Assembly (NCBI GenBank): GCA_963796275.1 | Contig: CAWCKY010000003.1 | Span: 736,001-800,000 of the forward strand | Length of the DNA: 64,000 nucleotides | Origin: an uncultured Acidobacteriota bacterium | Lineage (GTDB): Bacteria; Acidobacteriota; Blastocatellia; RBC074 | Direction: 5' to 3' | In this document: piece after piece, positions 11,226 through 23,130 of the stretch | Layout: every line of letters begins with the position of its first letter | Numbering within the stretch: the first letter of the stretch is position 1 | Position numbers and translations under genes: made by a program | Notes under the pieces: model-generated | Databases searched by the model: none | What the model saw: only the letters and a program-made list of their open reading frames with translations | Told to the model about the DNA's origin: nothing

Positions 11226-12719
11226 ATGAAATTGAGAGAAGAGATCATCCACGAGTATAAAAAGGTATTGACGCGGCGCCATTTTTTCAAGGAGTGCGGC
11301 GTCGGTCTCGGTTCCATCGCTCTCGCCTCACTCCTCAATGAGGATATCCTCGCATCGCCCCTCCAAACGGGGCAAACGGGGCAAACGGGACAAAAGAACC
11401 GAAAAGGGCATAAAGGGCAAAATCCGCTGGCCCCGAAGACGCCGCATTTCACAGCCAAAGCGAAACGGGTGATCTACCTCTTCCAGGCTGGTGCACCCTC
11501 GCAACTCGACCTCTTCGATTACAAACCGGGGCTAGTCAAATATAACGGTAAGTCCGTGCCGCAGGAGCTGGTCAAAGGCATCAACTATGCGTTTATCAGG
11601 CCAGATGCGGGCCTCTACGCTTCGGAGTTCAAGTTTAATAAACACGGTCAATCGGGCGCAGAAATATCGGAAGCATTTACATTGCTGCCTCAGGTTGCCG
11701 ATTACATCACTATCATCAGATCGATGACCACCGAAGCGATCAATCATGCGCCGGGGCAGATTTTCATGAACACCGGATCGGTCCAATTCGGCCGTCCGAG
11801 CTTTGGCGCCTGGGTGACGTACGGGCTTGGTTGTGAGACGCAGGACCTGCCGGCATTTGTAGTACTGTCGTCGGCCGGCGGGACGAGCGGCGGCGCGGGA
11901 AATTGGGGCTGCGGATTTTTGCCGACGGTCTATCAGGGAGTGCCTTTCCGCCGTACCGGAGATCCGATCCTCTCGCTTGCGAATCCTCGGGGAGTCACAC
12001 GAAAAATGCAGCGCGAATCGCTCGATACGTTGAAAGCGCTCAATGAGCATCATCTCGAACTCACCGGCGATCTCGAGATAGCAACGCGCATCAACTCATT
12101 CGAAATGGCCTATCGGATGCAGGAGAGCGCTCCTGAATTGATGGATTTAACCAAGGAAAAGAAAGAGACGCTGGAGATGTATGGCGCGACCCCGGGCAAA
12201 GCCTCATATGCGAATAACTGTTTGCTCGCGCGGAGATTGATCGAGCGCGGCGTACGTTTCGTTCAGCTTTTCCACGAAGCGTGGGATCATCATAGCGAGG
12301 TTGTGAAGGGAGTTACCTCGCAGTGTAAGGCCACCGATCAAGGGACGACTGCGTTGCTCAAAGATTTAAAACAGCGCGGCCTGCTCGAAGACACAATCGT
12401 AGTCTGGGGCGGAGAGTTCGGGCGAACGCCGATGGTTGAGAGCGATCCGGAAGCAAGTCGTTCGAAGGGCCGCGACCATCACAACAAAGCTTTTTCGATC
12501 TTCGTCGCCGGCGGCGGGTTCAAACCCGGCATCACCTATGGCGAGACCGATGAGCTCGGCTTTAACGTCGCGAAAGATCCGGTTCAGGTTAATGACCTGC
12601 ATGCGACGATACTGCATCTGCTCGGTTTCGATCATACGAAATTGACTTATCGTTTTCAGGGGCGCGATTTCAGGTTGACTGACGTTCACGGTACTGTGCT
12701 CGATAAATTGCTCGCTTAA
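11226..12719 (+). CDS. DUF1501 family protein (sulfatase-like fold) with Tat signal
   Basis: TRRHFF Tat motif, [24 protein letters not shown] and GRDHH. Confidence 0.92.
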   Translation: MKLREEIIHEYKKVLTRRHFFKECGVGLGSIALASLLNEDILASPLQTGQTGQTGQKNRKGHKGQNPLAPKTPHFTAKAKRVIYLFQAGAPSQLDLFDYKPGLVKYNGKSVPQELVKGINYAFIRPDAGLYASEFKFNKHGQSGAEISEAFTLLPQVADYITIIRSMTTEAINHAPGQIFMNTGSVQFGRPSFGAWVTYGLGCETQDLPAFVVLSSAGGTSGGAGNWGCGFLPTVYQGVPFRRTGDPILSLANPRGVTRKMQRESLDTLKALNEHHLELTGDLEIATRINSFEMAYRMQESAPELMDLTKEKKETLEMYGATPGKASYANNCLLARRLIERGVRFVQLFHEAWDHHSEVVKGVTSQCKATDQGTTALLKDLKQRGLLEDTIVVWGGEFGRTPMVESDPEASRSKGRDHHNKAFSIFVAGGGFKPGITYGETDELGFNVAKDPVQVNDLHATILHLLGFDHTKLTYRFQGRDFRLTDVHGTVLDKLLA

Positions 12720-12773
12720 AATCCAATGCAATCTGATTTTGGGGTAAAATAAGCTCACGAAAAACCCCGATTT

Positions 12774-13508
12774 ATGTCTGACGAATTATTGCGCCTTTCA
12801 AAACTGATGGCTGAAAGAGGCATCTGCTCCCGCCGCGAAGCAGATGCCTTTATCGCTGATGGCCTCGTTCTGGTTGACGGTGTAGTCGTGGATCAACTCG
12901 GCATTAAAGTTTCTCCGAACGTACACATTGCGCTCGCACCTAAGGCGCTGAGAAAACAGAAGGCCCTGGCCACTATCGTTTTGAACAAACCGGTCGGTTA
13001 TGTCTCAGCTCAGCCGGAACCTGGTTACACTCCGGCGATCAAACTCATCACTGCGGCCAATATGTTCGGCAAGTCCGAGCTGAAATTACGCCCGGAACAT
13101 ATGAAAAACCTGGCAGTCGCCGGGCGTCTGGATATCGATTCCCAGGGTTTACTCCTCTTCACTCAGGATGGAAGGCTGGCAAAGAAGATCATCGGGCCGC
13201 AGAGCGGGATCGAAAAAGAGTATCTCGTGCGTGTCGTCGGGGGCTTGCCCGATGAGCATCTGCGACTCCTGCGACACGGTCTTGCGCTTGATGGCAAATC
13301 GCTGTTGCCGGCTCAGGTTGAATGGATCAATCGCGACCAGTTGCGAATAGTGTTGACTGAAGGACGCAAGCGCCAGATACGCAGAATGTGCGATCTGGTC
13401 GGATTGAGAGTTACAGGTCTAAAACGTGTGAGGATCGGTACGATCAAACTGGGAAATTTGCCGGAAGGGAGGTGGCGATTTTTAGAATCCGGCGAGCATA
13501 TTGAATGA
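12774..13508 (+). CDS. rRNA pseudouridine synthase (RsuA/RluB/F family, S4 domain)
   Basis: [28 protein letters not shown] and [10 protein letters not shown]. Confidence 0.93.
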   Translation: MSDELLRLSKLMAERGICSRREADAFIADGLVLVDGVVVDQLGIKVSPNVHIALAPKALRKQKALATIVLNKPVGYVSAQPEPGYTPAIKLITAANMFGKSELKLRPEHMKNLAVAGRLDIDSQGLLLFTQDGRLAKKIIGPQSGIEKEYLVRVVGGLPDEHLRLLRHGLALDGKSLLPAQVEWINRDQLRIVLTEGRKRQIRRMCDLVGLRVTGLKRVRIGTIKLGNLPEGRWRFLESGEHIE

Positions 13509-13608
13509 ACGATAGGAAACTTACCGCAAAAATCACAAAAAACTACAAAAAGACGCAATTGGATATCTTGCGTTCTTGTATGTTGTAATTTTGTGAATTT
13601 GCCGCGAT

Positions 13609-14820
13609 TTATGTCGCGCGATCCGCGACCATCTGGTTGATTCGCTCGATGGCTTCCTTCAGCGCTTCGAGAGAATTCGCGTAGGAAAGCCGCAAATAGC
13701 CATCAGCGCCGAACGCCGAGCCGGCGGTCGTCACAACCCCGTATTTCCAAAGCAGTTCATCGGCGGCCTCCTTCGAACTCGCGAAACCGCAATTTGCCAT
13801 CAATCCCTTGATATTCGGAAAGGCATAAAACGCACCTTCCGGCTTGCCGCACTCGATGCCCGGTATCGCATTTAGCGCCGGTATGAACCAATTTGCCCGG
13901 CGTTGGTATTCAGTCAGCATCATATTGACCGAATCCTGCGGCTGGGAGAGAGCGGCGATCGCAGCTTTCTGCGAGATAGAAGCTGCGTGAGTCGCTGACT
14001 GGCTCTGAATCTTAATGACCTCCGTCACCCATTCCTGCGGCCCAAGCGTAAAGCCGACGCGCCAACCCGTCATAGCATAGGTTTTTGAGAGCGAGCCGGC
14101 GATCAGCACGCGCGCCCGCAGCTCGGGCGGTAACGCTGCCGCTGAATATGGATTTTGCGGAGGATAGACGAGTTGCAGGTAGCATTCATCCGAAATCACC
14201 CAGAGACCGTGCTCAACTGCAATTTGTACGATCCGTTTGAACTCGGCCGGATCGATGACGCGACCCGTCGGATTCGATGGGGAATTGATGATGAGCAATT
14301 TGGATTTGTGCGTGATCGCGGCTCTCACCAGCTCGGCATTCAGATGAAAATCGGTCGCTTCGGTATCGATGGATACCGGCTTGCCTTCGGCGAAGTTGAC
14401 GATTTCGGGAAATGAGACCCAGCAGGGATTTTCGAGCAGCACTTCATCGCCCGGGTCGATCAAAGCGAGGACGGCATTGAAGATGCCCTGCTTGCCGCCG
14501 AGCACGACGCAACACTGCTCGGGCAGATAATCGGACCCGAAATTCGAATTCGTATATTCACAAATCGCTTTGCGAAGAGGCGCGATTCCGCTGGCCGATG
14601 TGTATTTGGTGAAGTTCTCATCGAGCGCCTGTTTAGCGGCATTCTTGATGTGATCCGGTGTCGGAAAGTCCGGCTCGCCGGCCCCCAGATCGATTACTTT
14701 AACGCCCTGTGAACGAAGCTTTTCGGCAGCCATCACCACCATTGCGGTCGATGACAGCCTGGTCATCCGCGCTCGCTTGGAAGCCGGGAATCCGGAAATG
14801 GATATTGCGGTCGTGCTCAT
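13609..14820 (-). CDS. PLP-dependent class I aminotransferase (aspartate aminotransferase-like)
   Basis: [21 protein letters not shown] and [14 protein letters not shown]. Confidence 0.93.
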   Translation of the reverse strand: MSTTAISISGFPASKRARMTRLSSTAMVVMAAEKLRSQGVKVIDLGAGEPDFPTPDHIKNAAKQALDENFTKYTSASGIAPLRKAICEYTNSNFGSDYLPEQCCVVLGGKQGIFNAVLALIDPGDEVLLENPCWVSFPEIVNFAEGKPVSIDTEATDFHLNAELVRAAITHKSKLLIINSPSNPTGRVIDPAEFKRIVQIAVEHGLWVISDECYLQLVYPPQNPYSAAALPPELRARVLIAGSLSKTYAMTGWRVGFTLGPQEWVTEVIKIQSQSATHAASISQKAAIAALSQPQDSVNMMLTEYQRRANWFIPALNAIPGIECGKPEGAFYAFPNIKGLMANCGFASSKEAADELLWKYGVVTTAGSAFGADGYLRLSYANSLEALKEAIERINQMVADRAT

Positions 14821-15314
14821 TTTGCTCCATCGATTTGTTGTTTTATCTTCATTCGCCTGATGACGGCCTCGGGCACCAAACCTTCGATCGAACCACCTAA
14901 ATTGAATACTTCCTTGATCAGACTCGAGCTGATATAAGAATTGTTTTCTGAGGCGGTCAACAGGACCGTCTCGACCTCCGGATTAAGACGGCGATTCATC
15001 AAAACCATCGGTAACTCGTATTCATAATCCTTGACCGATCGTACGCCGCGCACGATCGCTTGCGCTTGTCGTTTGCGTGCGTAATCGACCAACAGACCTT
15101 CGAATATCTCGATTGTGACCTGGGCGAATCGCGGGTTGAGGACCTCGGTCAACATCTCGACGCGTTCAGCAACGGTAAACATGGGTTGTTTACCGGCATT
15201 GACGAGAATAGCGACGATCACTTCATCGAAGAGTTTGCACGCGCGCGCAATGATCTCCAGATGTCCATTGGTCAACGGGTCGAATGACCCGGGATAAATT
15301 GCTCGTCGTGCCAT
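14817..15314 (-). CDS. coaD: Pantetheine-phosphate adenylyltransferase
   Basis: [19 protein letters not shown] and ISSS motifs. Confidence 0.96.
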   Translation of the reverse strand: MARRAIYPGSFDPLTNGHLEIIARACKLFDEVIVAILVNAGKQPMFTVAERVEMLTEVLNPRFAQVTIEIFEGLLVDYARKRQAQAIVRGVRSVKDYEYELPMVLMNRRLNPEVETVLLTASENNSYISSSLIKEVFNLGGSIEGLVPEAVIRRMKIKQQIDGAK

Positions 15315-15372
15315 AGATTGATGTTAGCACATAGCGATTGTCAGAGACCACGCCTCGGGCATTATCGCGGCG

Positions 15373-15924
15373 TTAACGATCGCCGTAAAACGTCAGGCAC
15401 GATTCTCCCTGCACGATCTCGCGATATGGGCGCAATTGGTCGTAATCAGGAGTGAGCAGAGTCTGGCGGCGATGTTCGACGATCACTATGCCGTCTTCCG
15501 CCAGGATATTCTGTTTCGCAATCTGCCATAAGACAGGAGAATGGATATCCGAATCATAGGGCGGATCGAAATAGATGATGTCGAACTTCATTTCGCGGGA
15601 TGCTAGGTATTTAAGAGCTGTCAGCGCATCTCGATTGATGACGCGCACGCCTTCTCTGATATCGCACTGGCGGAGGTTCTCGCTGATAACCCCTGCCGCT
15701 TTACGTGACGACTCGATGAATGTTACGTTTGCTGCACCACGCGAAAGGGCTTCGATGCCGACGGCGCCCGATCCGGCACAGACATCGACGAAATCGGCTC
15801 CTTCGATCCGGGGCGCAAGCACATTGAATAACGTCTCACGCAACCGATCAGAGGTCGGGCGCACGCGCATTCCTTCGAGCGTCTTCAATCTGCGGCCTTT
15901 GTATATCCCGGCGATGACTCGCAT
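15373..15924 (-). CDS. rsmD: 16S rRNA m2G966 methyltransferase
   Basis: [34 protein letters not shown] and DPPY; next to coaD. Confidence 0.95.
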   Translation of the reverse strand: MRVIAGIYKGRRLKTLEGMRVRPTSDRLRETLFNVLAPRIEGADFVDVCAGSGAVGIEALSRGAANVTFIESSRKAAGVISENLRQCDIREGVRVINRDALTALKYLASREMKFDIIYFDPPYDSDIHSPVLWQIAKQNILAEDGIVIVEHRRQTLLTPDYDQLRPYREIVQGESCLTFYGDR

Positions 15925-15928
15925 AAAA

Positions 15929-16023
15929 CAGTTTTCAGTTTTTAGTTTTTAGTTTTCAGTTCGCAGTAAATAGGAATGAAGTTTTCGATATGATAGCCGA
16001 TGGCTAGCTGAAAACTGAAAACT
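15929..16023. repeat. Inverted heptamer arrays (AGTTTTC)n ... (CTGAAAA)n
   Basis: Left array 15929-15967, right array 16008-16023. Confidence 0.8.
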
Positions 16024-16999
16024 ATTCCTCATATCCCTCCGGATGTGCCTGATGCCAGCGCCACGCTGATTCGATAATGCGGTCGAGCTCGCTATGCCGG
16101 GGATTCCAACCCAGGTCGCGCATGATTTTGTCAGGATTCGCGATTAAAACCGGCGGATCGCCGGCGCGACGCGGCGCGGCCTCCGTCGATATCCATCGGC
16201 CCGTGACCTGACGCGCCATCTCGACAACTTCTGCGACCGAATACCCGTTACCATATCCTAAGTTATAAACATCGCTCCTGTTCTCCGTCACTCTCAGGGC
16301 CAATATGTGGGCGTTCGCAAGGTCTATCGCATGGATGTAGTCGCGCACACAGGTCCCATCCGGCGTATTATAGTCTTCGCCGAAAATATCGACATGGCTC
16401 GCTTCCCCGGAAGCTACTCGAAGTACATTGGGGATGAGATGCGTTTCAGGATCGTGGTCTTCACCGAACCGCTCGCTTGCACCCGCGGCATTGAAGTAAC
16501 GCAGACTGACATATCGCAATTGATAAGCCTCTTCATACCAGCGCAGCATGCGCTCAAAGGCCAGTTTCGACTCACCATAGGGAGTGGATGGCTGCAGCGG
16601 CATCTCTTCAGTGATCGGGACTGTCTCCGGCTCTCCATAGACTGCTGCTGTAGAAGAGAAGACGATACGTTTGATGCCGGTCGAGAGCATGGCATCGAGC
16701 AGCGCGGTCCCCGCCGATACGTTATTCGTGAAGTAAAGGTGCGGGTTTCGCATCGATTCTTCGGCCTGGCTTGAGGCAGCCAGGTGAATCACGGCTTCAA
16801 CCTTGTGCCGTTCGAAAGCGCCGATGAGTTTATCGCGCTCGCTTAGGCTGCCTTCGATCAGAATCGAATCCTCGGCAACTGCGGCGCGATGTCCTCTGCC
16901 CAGATCATCGTATACAACGGCTGCGTGGCCGTGCTCGATCAGTTGTTCAACGACGAGGCTGCCGATGTATCCGGCGCCACCTGTGACAAGAATATTCAC
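16022..16999 (-). CDS. galE: UDP-glucose 4-epimerase
   Basis: [32 protein letters not shown] and [10 protein letters not shown]. Confidence 0.95.
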   Translation of the reverse strand: MNILVTGGAGYIGSLVVEQLIEHGHAAVVYDDLGRGHRAAVAEDSILIEGSLSERDKLIGAFERHKVEAVIHLAASSQAEESMRNPHLYFTNNVSAGTALLDAMLSTGIKRIVFSSTAAVYGEPETVPITEEMPLQPSTPYGESKLAFERMLRWYEEAYQLRYVSLRYFNAAGASERFGEDHDPETHLIPNVLRVASGEASHVDIFGEDYNTPDGTCVRDYIHAIDLANAHILALRVTENRSDVYNLGYGNGYSVAEVVEMARQVTGRWISTEAAPRRAGDPPVLIANPDKIMRDLGWNPRHSELDRIIESAWRWHQAHPEGYEE

Positions 17000-17018
17000 T
17001 TGAGGAAACTTTGTTTAG

Positions 17019-17984
17019 TTATTGGGGAGCCTGGCCTTGGCCGGTAGAATTGGTCTGTTGTCCCGCGCGAACGCATTGGCCGCCGATCGATATTTCACCC
17101 TGCTTGCAGTTATTTTCCAAACCGTTGCCGCGTTGTTGATTATTCGCTGTTCCAATCAAAGCCGCCCTGTTGAATCCGCCCGCGACTACCTGCACACCCG
17201 GGAAGAAAAGCGCGTGATCGTATGAATCTATTCCGTAATAGGATCGGAACATCTCGTCGGTTTTACGGCTGACGACGCCGATGATCGGCAGATTACCCGA
17301 TCCGCCAAGCCCGGGTGTATCAGGAGGACCGCCAGCCGGAGCGCCGGGTTCCGTTTGCGTGTCTGATTGCGTGTCTGATTGCGTGTCTGATTGCGAGTCG
17401 GATCCCTGTCCCGGAAGTTTGACCGATCCCATTTGCGCAAAGGTCCTGAGGGCGTTCGGCACCGGGACCATTATGCCATTCTGCTGTTGTTGTAATGAGA
17501 TGAGAGCATCCATCAACTCTTTCGGCAGAGGGTCGCCTGGATGAACGAGCCGCCAGTTGCTTTCTCCCGGCTCGCAAGGGGTCATCGGATCGCACAACGC
17601 TGATGGTCGCAGAAACCGCACCTTCTTAATGCCTACCATGACGCCTTCGACCAGCTCTTTGAGTTCTCTCGGATATTGGTTCTGACGAGCCATTGAGAAG
17701 AGCATCAGCGCTTTTTGAATTTGTTGACCCCGCCAGAGCATCTCTTCTTCGCGCTCACGCTGGGATTCATATTTGATTTGGGGCGCCGCGGCTGTGGTCA
17801 GAATCAGAGCGAAGAGCATGACACCCATCAGGCCAACGAGTGCATAACCGCGCTCGCCGGAATTTCCCACGGTTCGGCGCACCGGCATCTGCTCGGATAC
17901 GGACTGGATCCGTGAGCAGCCGTCGCACCCTTGTCGCTCCGATGCGAGTTTTTCGATGATTGTTCGTATAAACTTTTTGCTCAT
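17019..17984 (-). CDS. Type II secretion / type IV pilus pseudopilin-like protein
   Basis: ERG|YALVGLM prepilin-like hydrophobic segment, [19 protein letters not shown] and DPMT; the start could be 17993. Confidence 0.7.
   Translation of the reverse strand: MSKKFIRTIIEKLASERQGCDGCSRIQSVSEQMPVRRTVGNSGERGYALVGLMGVMLFALILTTAAAPQIKYESQREREEEMLWRGQQIQKALMLFSMARQNQYPRELKELVEGVMVGIKKVRFLRPSALCDPMTPCEPGESNWRLVHPGDPLPKELMDALISLQQQQNGIMVPVPNALRTFAQMGSVKLPGQGSDSQSDTQSDTQSDTQTEPGAPAGGPPDTPGLGGSGNLPIIGVVSRKTDEMFRSYYGIDSYDHALFFPGVQVVAGGFNRAALIGTANNQQRGNGLENNCKQGEISIGGQCVRAGQQTNSTGQGQAPQ
17354..17403. repeat. 12-bp coding tandem repeat (SDTQ)x~4
   Basis: TTGCGTGTCTGA units encoding [16 protein letters not shown]. 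Confidence 0.9.
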
Positions 17985-17985
17985 A

Positions 17986-18840
17986 TCAGCCATTTTCGCC
18001 GGTGAAATCGATCGTGTGTGTGACCTTGATAGTGGTATCTTCAAGCACGATCCGCTGCGGTGTGATGCTGATTACTTTCCAACGCCCTCCGAAAACGGAG
18101 TCCCTGGATACACTGAATGCCTGTTCGTCATTTTGTGCTTTAAGGACGGCAATCGCACCGGCCTTCCTCTCTATCCGGCCGATGTAGCGGTATGGCGGTG
18201 GAGGTGGCTCGGTAACATTGAGCGGGAGTTGATTTGAGTAGAGCTTGGCATCGCTGGAGCTGCGAACCAGGATACCCAGACTTCCCGCGCTCCTGATGAC
18301 ATCTCCGGTTACCCGCGTTCTCAATTCCCGCGCATTGACGACTGTGGTCTCGAATTCGCGGCCATTGATTAAAATTTTTCCGTCTTGCGGTATCTTTTCA
18401 CCGAAAACCGCCAGATTGAAATCCGGTGATCGAGCGAAGACGTTTCCCGGGTTCGCTGAAAAAAGGACGACCGGTGGCGGAATAGGAGTCGGCGTCGGCG
18501 TCGTCGGCTTGGGAGTGGGCGGAGGAGTCGGCGTCGGATAGATGAAAATATTTCGACCTGTTCCATCACCCGCCCCCGTACGGTCTGTCATTGATGCCAG
18601 ATCAAGCGGTTCCGAAATGGTCGGCACATTCTTGTCCCCCGCGCGCGGGGTCGCGGTGGCTGCCGGCGTGGCTCTCCCCCTTGCTGCACCTGATGCATTC
18701 CCCCGCGTCCTGTTATTTCCGCCGGTGAAGAACTGTGAATAAAGAACGCCGATCAAAACAACCCCCAGCGCGCCGAGCAGTATTTGCTTGCGCTTATCGC
18801 TCTTTTTTTCCGTCTTCGAATTATCCTGACTCATAATCAA
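17986..18840 (-). CDS. Membrane-anchored PilP/GspC-like protein with Pro/Thr linker and IPT/Ig-like domain
   Basis: N-terminal TM, GRNIF motif, PTPTP linker and C-terminal YRYIG...GGRWKVISIT; follows the pilNO-like genes. Confidence 0.6.
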   Translation of the reverse strand: MIMSQDNSKTEKKSDKRKQILLGALGVVLIGVLYSQFFTGGNNRTRGNASGAARGRATPAATATPRAGDKNVPTISEPLDLASMTDRTGAGDGTGRNIFIYPTPTPPPTPKPTTPTPTPIPPPVVLFSANPGNVFARSPDFNLAVFGEKIPQDGKILINGREFETTVVNARELRTRVTGDVIRSAGSLGILVRSSSDAKLYSNQLPLNVTEPPPPPYRYIGRIERKAGAIAVLKAQNDEQAFSVSRDSVFGGRWKVISITPQRIVLEDTTIKVTHTIDFTGENG

Positions 18841-18846
18841 GTCCTG

Positions 18847-19596
18847 CTATTGAGACTTTCCGGATGGCTTCTGAAAATAGGTATCCATTTCAATCTTCAA
18901 CGAGACGGGAATCGCTTCGGGGCTGCTCAGTTCGAACTGCTGTTGAGGCCTGCCCGCATTATTATTACCCTGAGCTCGTTGAAGTCTTTCAGCTTCTCCC
19001 TGAAACTGGACTGAATTGATGACCAGGAACTGTTTGCTGCGTTCGAGGTCGAAGATGAAACGCCGCAGGTTGCGATAGTCGCCGGTGACCGTGGTATCGA
19101 TGCCGAGCACCGGATAGAAATCTATCGCCTCCCGCGTCACTTTCCTGGTAGCCGGGCTGCCGTTCTCATCCGTTACCGGCGCGGGTTCGGTGAAATTATA
19201 GTTGGATCCGTCGGAGAGAATCTTATGCGTTTTGCATAATGCATTGATCTCGTCGATGATCTGCGTCATCCCGCGCGCATCGGGTTTCAGGTTATTTTCG
19301 AATTTGATCAGGCTGTCGAGAATCTTCTCTGCGTTCGCTGATTGTTCGCCTCGTTTCCGCTCTTCGATGCTCAGCTTGTCGAGCTGCTGGCGAAGTCCTT
19401 GTTCCTTGGCGCGAAGTGTTGCTGCCTGGGAGCTGATCGGTTGAATTTTCGTGAGGTAGAAGAACAGTACGATGACCGCAAAGATCAGAGCGGCGACCAA
19501 TGAGCCGATCTCGAAGACGCTCAGCCGCGCCTTGCGATGAAGGGTGCTCAGTAAATTCATTAACTCGGCTGCGTTGATCTGCGGTTTCAGGTTCAT
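18847..19596 (-). CDS. PilO/GspM-like assembly protein
   Basis: TM, coiled coil and VTGDYRNLRRFIFDLERSKQFLVI ferredoxin-like motif. Confidence 0.75.
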   Translation of the reverse strand: MNLKPQINAAELMNLLSTLHRKARLSVFEIGSLVAALIFAVIVLFFYLTKIQPISSQAATLRAKEQGLRQQLDKLSIEERKRGEQSANAEKILDSLIKFENNLKPDARGMTQIIDEINALCKTHKILSDGSNYNFTEPAPVTDENGSPATRKVTREAIDFYPVLGIDTTVTGDYRNLRRFIFDLERSKQFLVINSVQFQGEAERLQRAQGNNNAGRPQQQFELSSPEAIPVSLKIEMDTYFQKPSGKSQ

Positions 19597-20219
19597 TGTT
19601 TCTTTTCAGCAATCTGATTATTTGTAGGCGGTTTGGGCTCGGCGCGGAGCGGCGTGTAATCGACTTTCAGTGAATACTCCACTTCTTCCGTGCCCTCGAG
19701 CGGTTTCATCGACAACGGGGATACCTTGAAGCGGCGGGTATCTTGGAACTTGTCGATCATTGAAGTCACGTCCTGCGCGCGTTTGCCGGTGACCTCGAGC
19801 AAGAGTGTCGCGGCTATACCGCTCCCCGCAATCGCTACCCCGTCTTCCTGCCCCTGAATTTGCGCGACATCCACCCGCCGGATGCGGACGGCGGGCGGCA
19901 AGTTGCGTTCAATATCGCTGAGCAACTGGGACCATGAGAATGCGCGCCTGTCCCTCAACTGACTCGCCGCAAAGAGCTGGCGGTTCTTTTCAGACGAGAT
20001 CGTTATGTTGCTCTGAGCCGGCTTCTCTAATTTCTTGAGTTGCGCTTCCAGACCGCTGACGCGAACTGTGCTTTCGGATATCTGGGAACGCAGCGTGGCT
20101 ATGCTCTTGATCGCCTGTACTCCCAGGAGCGACGGAATCGCGAAGAGAAGCGCTATCGCCAGCCAGAAGAGACGGCGATTTTGAAATGGTTCGCTTGCCA
20201 GGTTAACTAGTGGTTTCAT
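19593..20219 (-). CDS. PilN/GspL-like assembly protein
   Basis: VNLASEPF, TM, coiled coil and WSQLLSDIERNLPPAVRI. Confidence 0.78.
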   Translation of the reverse strand: MKPLVNLASEPFQNRRLFWLAIALLFAIPSLLGVQAIKSIATLRSQISESTVRVSGLEAQLKKLEKPAQSNITISSEKNRQLFAASQLRDRRAFSWSQLLSDIERNLPPAVRIRRVDVAQIQGQEDGVAIAGSGIAATLLLEVTGKRAQDVTSMIDKFQDTRRFKVSPLSMKPLEGTEEVEYSLKVDYTPLRAEPKPPTNNQIAEKKQ

Positions 20220-20724
20220 AATTTCGCGATTGTGATTGCCATACAGTTATACAAATATTCGTTCGCAATTGGATCTGAGGATTGGGACAATCAAATCAAT
20301 GCCAAACTATAGCATAAATATCGTGGTAGCGAACAGCCGGTGAAAGGCAATCCTCAGTTGATTTAGACAAGAAACCGGAACGAATGCGACGGGGGGATTT
20401 ACGGATTTTTCCATATTGACCGTCGCGTCCGCGTTAGATCGCGGCTAATACTTACCCGGTATGAACCGATAGATCATAGCGCTAGGTAAAAAAATCGAGG
20501 TGATCGTCCAGCTCTTTTGCGTGGCTGACCACCTCACACAAACTACACACATCAACTAAACACGCGGTTTTTTGCAAAAGGTTCCTCGAATTTTTGCACG
20601 ACTAATCAAAAATGTAGTATTGCTTGATATTTAGCTGCCCCCTCGGCATACTTAACGACTCTTTCAGCGTGACCACCCCGAATCCCATAATAATGAGAAA
20701 CCAACATACCCGAGCAGCATCCGC

Positions 20725-22494
20725 ATGATCCCATCCACCATGAAAATATCGCGAGGGATTACAGGCGCGCGTTGGCGGTTGAGTCATTGTGATGAGACGG
20801 TCCTCGAAAAGCTCCGGAAAGAGACGGGCGAAGATGGCGTACTGCTGCGCTGTTTGCTCAACCGCGGTTTGACTAATGCCGATAGGATTAAAGAGTTCCT
20901 CGATCCACAGTTCACTCATCATCTGCACCCGCCGATGCTTCTGCGCGATATGGGGCGCGCCGTAGAGCGGTTGCGCAGGGCCGTGCGCGATAGCGAACGC
21001 ATACTTATCGTCACCGATTTCGATGTCGATGGGACGACCTCGAGCGTCATCATTTCTCAAACACTGAAACTGCTGGGCGGCGGAGGTTTGATCTCGTGCT
21101 ATATCCCTGACCGTTTCAGCGAAGGTTATGGGCTTTCCCGACAGATCGTCGAGCGTGCGGCGGCGGAAGGTTACCGGGTGATCGTCACAGCTGACATCGG
21201 GATCAAGTCGCATGCCGAAGCACGGCTGGCCCACGAGCTCGGGATCGATCTTATCATTTGCGATCACCATCTGCCGGATGGCGAAGATGTGCCGGCTGAA
21301 GCCTTCGCCGTGCTTTGCCCGAAAGGCTCTTCGGGAGCCGACTATCCGAATAAACACCTGGCGGCTTGTGGCGTTTCGCTCAAGCTCGCCGATGCCTTGC
21401 TCGATGGCCATGCCAAGCGGCTCGCTCTGCTGGCTTCGCTCGCCAAGTTGACGGCGATCGGCACGATCGCAGATATGGTCGATCTATCGGCCAATGAAAA
21501 CCGTGCCATCGTTGCGCACGGGTTGAAAGCGCTCTGTGAGCGGAGCAATAATCCGGGCCTGCGCGCGCTACTACGATTGGCGCAGGTCAACGATCCGATC
21601 ACGACATACGATATAGGCTTCAAGATCGGTCCACGAATAAATGCCGCCGGTCGCATTGCGCATGCCAACTCCATCCTCGCCCTTTTCGATGCCAAAACGG
21701 ATGAGGAAGCCACGATTCTGGCGCTCCAGCTCGACGCTCTCAATTCCGAACGCCAGCACATTCAACACGTGCTTCTCGAAAAATTGAAGAAGACCATCCT
21801 CGATCAACAGCCGGACCTCGAACGGGTGATAATTCTGGCGGGATCCAATGCGGAAGGATTTCATCGCGGCGTAATAGGTATAGCCTGCTCGAAAGTGGTG
21901 GAAATGACGGGACGTCCGACACTCATCTGTTCGGTCGATGACGAAGGGATCGCTCATGGCAGCGCGCGTTCGATACAGGGGTTTCATCTGGTGGAGGCGC
22001 TCGATCAGGTCTCTGACCTGCTGCTTAAATACGGCGGGCATCCGATGGCGGCGGGCTTCACTCTAGCTGAAGAAAAGATCGATGAGATGCGTCGCCGGCT
22101 CAATCTTCACGCGGAGAAAATGATACCTGATGATGAAATAGGCAGGACTCTGACAGCCGACGCGGAGATCTGTATCGATCAGGCGACCGTCGCGACGGCA
22201 CGCTCCCTTCAGCGGTTGGAGCCCCACGGCGTCGGGAATCCCGCTCCGCTGTTCTGGTTGCAGAATATCCCCCTCGATTCGCTTAAGTTGCTCAAGGAAA
22301 GACATCTCAAGTTAGCGGTTAGAAGTGAGACTGGAAAAATGGAAGCATTGTGGTGGAACGCTGCGGAGCATCGATCGAAACTCGATGGGGCAAAAGAGGT
22401 CAGCCTCATATGCCGCCTTGAGATCAACAGATGGAACGGCCGGGAGAACTGTCAGCTGAAGGTAATCGATGCGGCAGTTGACAAAACAAATTGA
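20725..22494 (+). CDS. recJ: Single-stranded DNA exonuclease RecJ
   Basis: [35 protein letters not shown] and [10 protein letters not shown]. Confidence 0.96.
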   Translation: MIPSTMKISRGITGARWRLSHCDETVLEKLRKETGEDGVLLRCLLNRGLTNADRIKEFLDPQFTHHLHPPMLLRDMGRAVERLRRAVRDSERILIVTDFDVDGTTSSVIISQTLKLLGGGGLISCYIPDRFSEGYGLSRQIVERAAAEGYRVIVTADIGIKSHAEARLAHELGIDLIICDHHLPDGEDVPAEAFAVLCPKGSSGADYPNKHLAACGVSLKLADALLDGHAKRLALLASLAKLTAIGTIADMVDLSANENRAIVAHGLKALCERSNNPGLRALLRLAQVNDPITTYDIGFKIGPRINAAGRIAHANSILALFDAKTDEEATILALQLDALNSERQHIQHVLLEKLKKTILDQQPDLERVIILAGSNAEGFHRGVIGIACSKVVEMTGRPTLICSVDDEGIAHGSARSIQGFHLVEALDQVSDLLLKYGGHPMAAGFTLAEEKIDEMRRRLNLHAEKMIPDDEIGRTLTADAEICIDQATVATARSLQRLEPHGVGNPAPLFWLQNIPLDSLKLLKERHLKLAVRSETGKMEALWWNAAEHRSKLDGAKEVSLICRLEINRWNGRENCQLKVIDAAVDKTN

Positions 22495-22507
22495 CGCTCT
22501 GTAATAT
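22478..22507 (+). promoter_or_regulatory. Putative sigma70 promoter of tRNA-Pro
   Basis: TTGACA-N18-TAATAT upstream of the tRNA. Confidence 0.5.
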
Positions 22508-22539
22508 GCACTGTCGCACTAAATGCGGAGTGACCATTA

Positions 22540-22614
<75 letters not shown>

Positions 22615-22649
22615 CTTTTAATATCAATAAGTTTTAGTATCAATAAGTT

Positions 22650-22679
22650 ATGGCTTCCAGATGGGAGCCATTTTCTTTT
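22650..22679 (+). terminator. Putative intrinsic terminator after tRNA-Pro
   Basis: ATGGCTTCC-agat-GGGAGCCAT stem followed by TTTCTTTT. Confidence 0.6.
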
Positions 22680-22730
22680 AGTGTCACAATTCGAGATTTG
22701 GCGAAGCACAGGTCACCGAAAGTAACTGAG

Positions 22731-22770
22731 ATGAAAACCATCGGACTGATTGGCGGTATCCAGTTGGCCC
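22731..22770 (+). pseudogene. N-terminal remnant of an aspartate/glutamate racemase
   Basis: MKTIGLIGGI followed by frameshifted SW matches the typical MKTIGLIGGMSW start; no continuation. Confidence 0.5.
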
Positions 22771-22815
22771 CAACATCGAGCCGATTGTTCAGCATCACTA
22801 TTTTTTTTAGGATGT

Positions 22816-23130
22816 TCAATGGGATAACGTGCCGATCACGAGACCTGCCACTATGATCGCGAGCACGGCGGCGGCGGTGGCGGCAAATCGGTAGTCGCGG
22901 CCCTTTAGAAAGAGGACCAGCATCAGGATCACGCGCAGGATTGGTAACAGAATGAACAGCGCAATTCCGACGGTCACTACCTGCGAGCCGGTGGGAAACG
23001 GCGCACTCACCGGGAATAGCGGCCGCGCCATCCCGAGAGCGATCACCGCTGATGCCAGCCAGGTTCCGAAATTCAGCATTCCCGCCAGCAGCCCTTCGAT
23101 GCGGTTGGAATCCTTCTGATTCTCGCTCAT
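22816..23130 (-). CDS. DUF1634-like small membrane protein
   Basis: MSENQKDSNRIEGLLA...GIALFILLPILRV; ATGA overlap with the TauE gene, a common pairing. Confidence 0.8.
   Translation of the reverse strand: MSENQKDSNRIEGLLAGMLNFGTWLASAVIALGMARPLFPVSAPFPTGSQVVTVGIALFILLPILRVILMLVLFLKGRDYRFAATAAAVLAIIVAGLVIGTLSH

Noticed and set aside
20220-20724. Riboswitch or sigma54 promoter upstream of the pilN-like gene
   Set aside because: No c-di-GMP aptamer consensus and no correctly spaced TGGCAC-N5-TTGC seen
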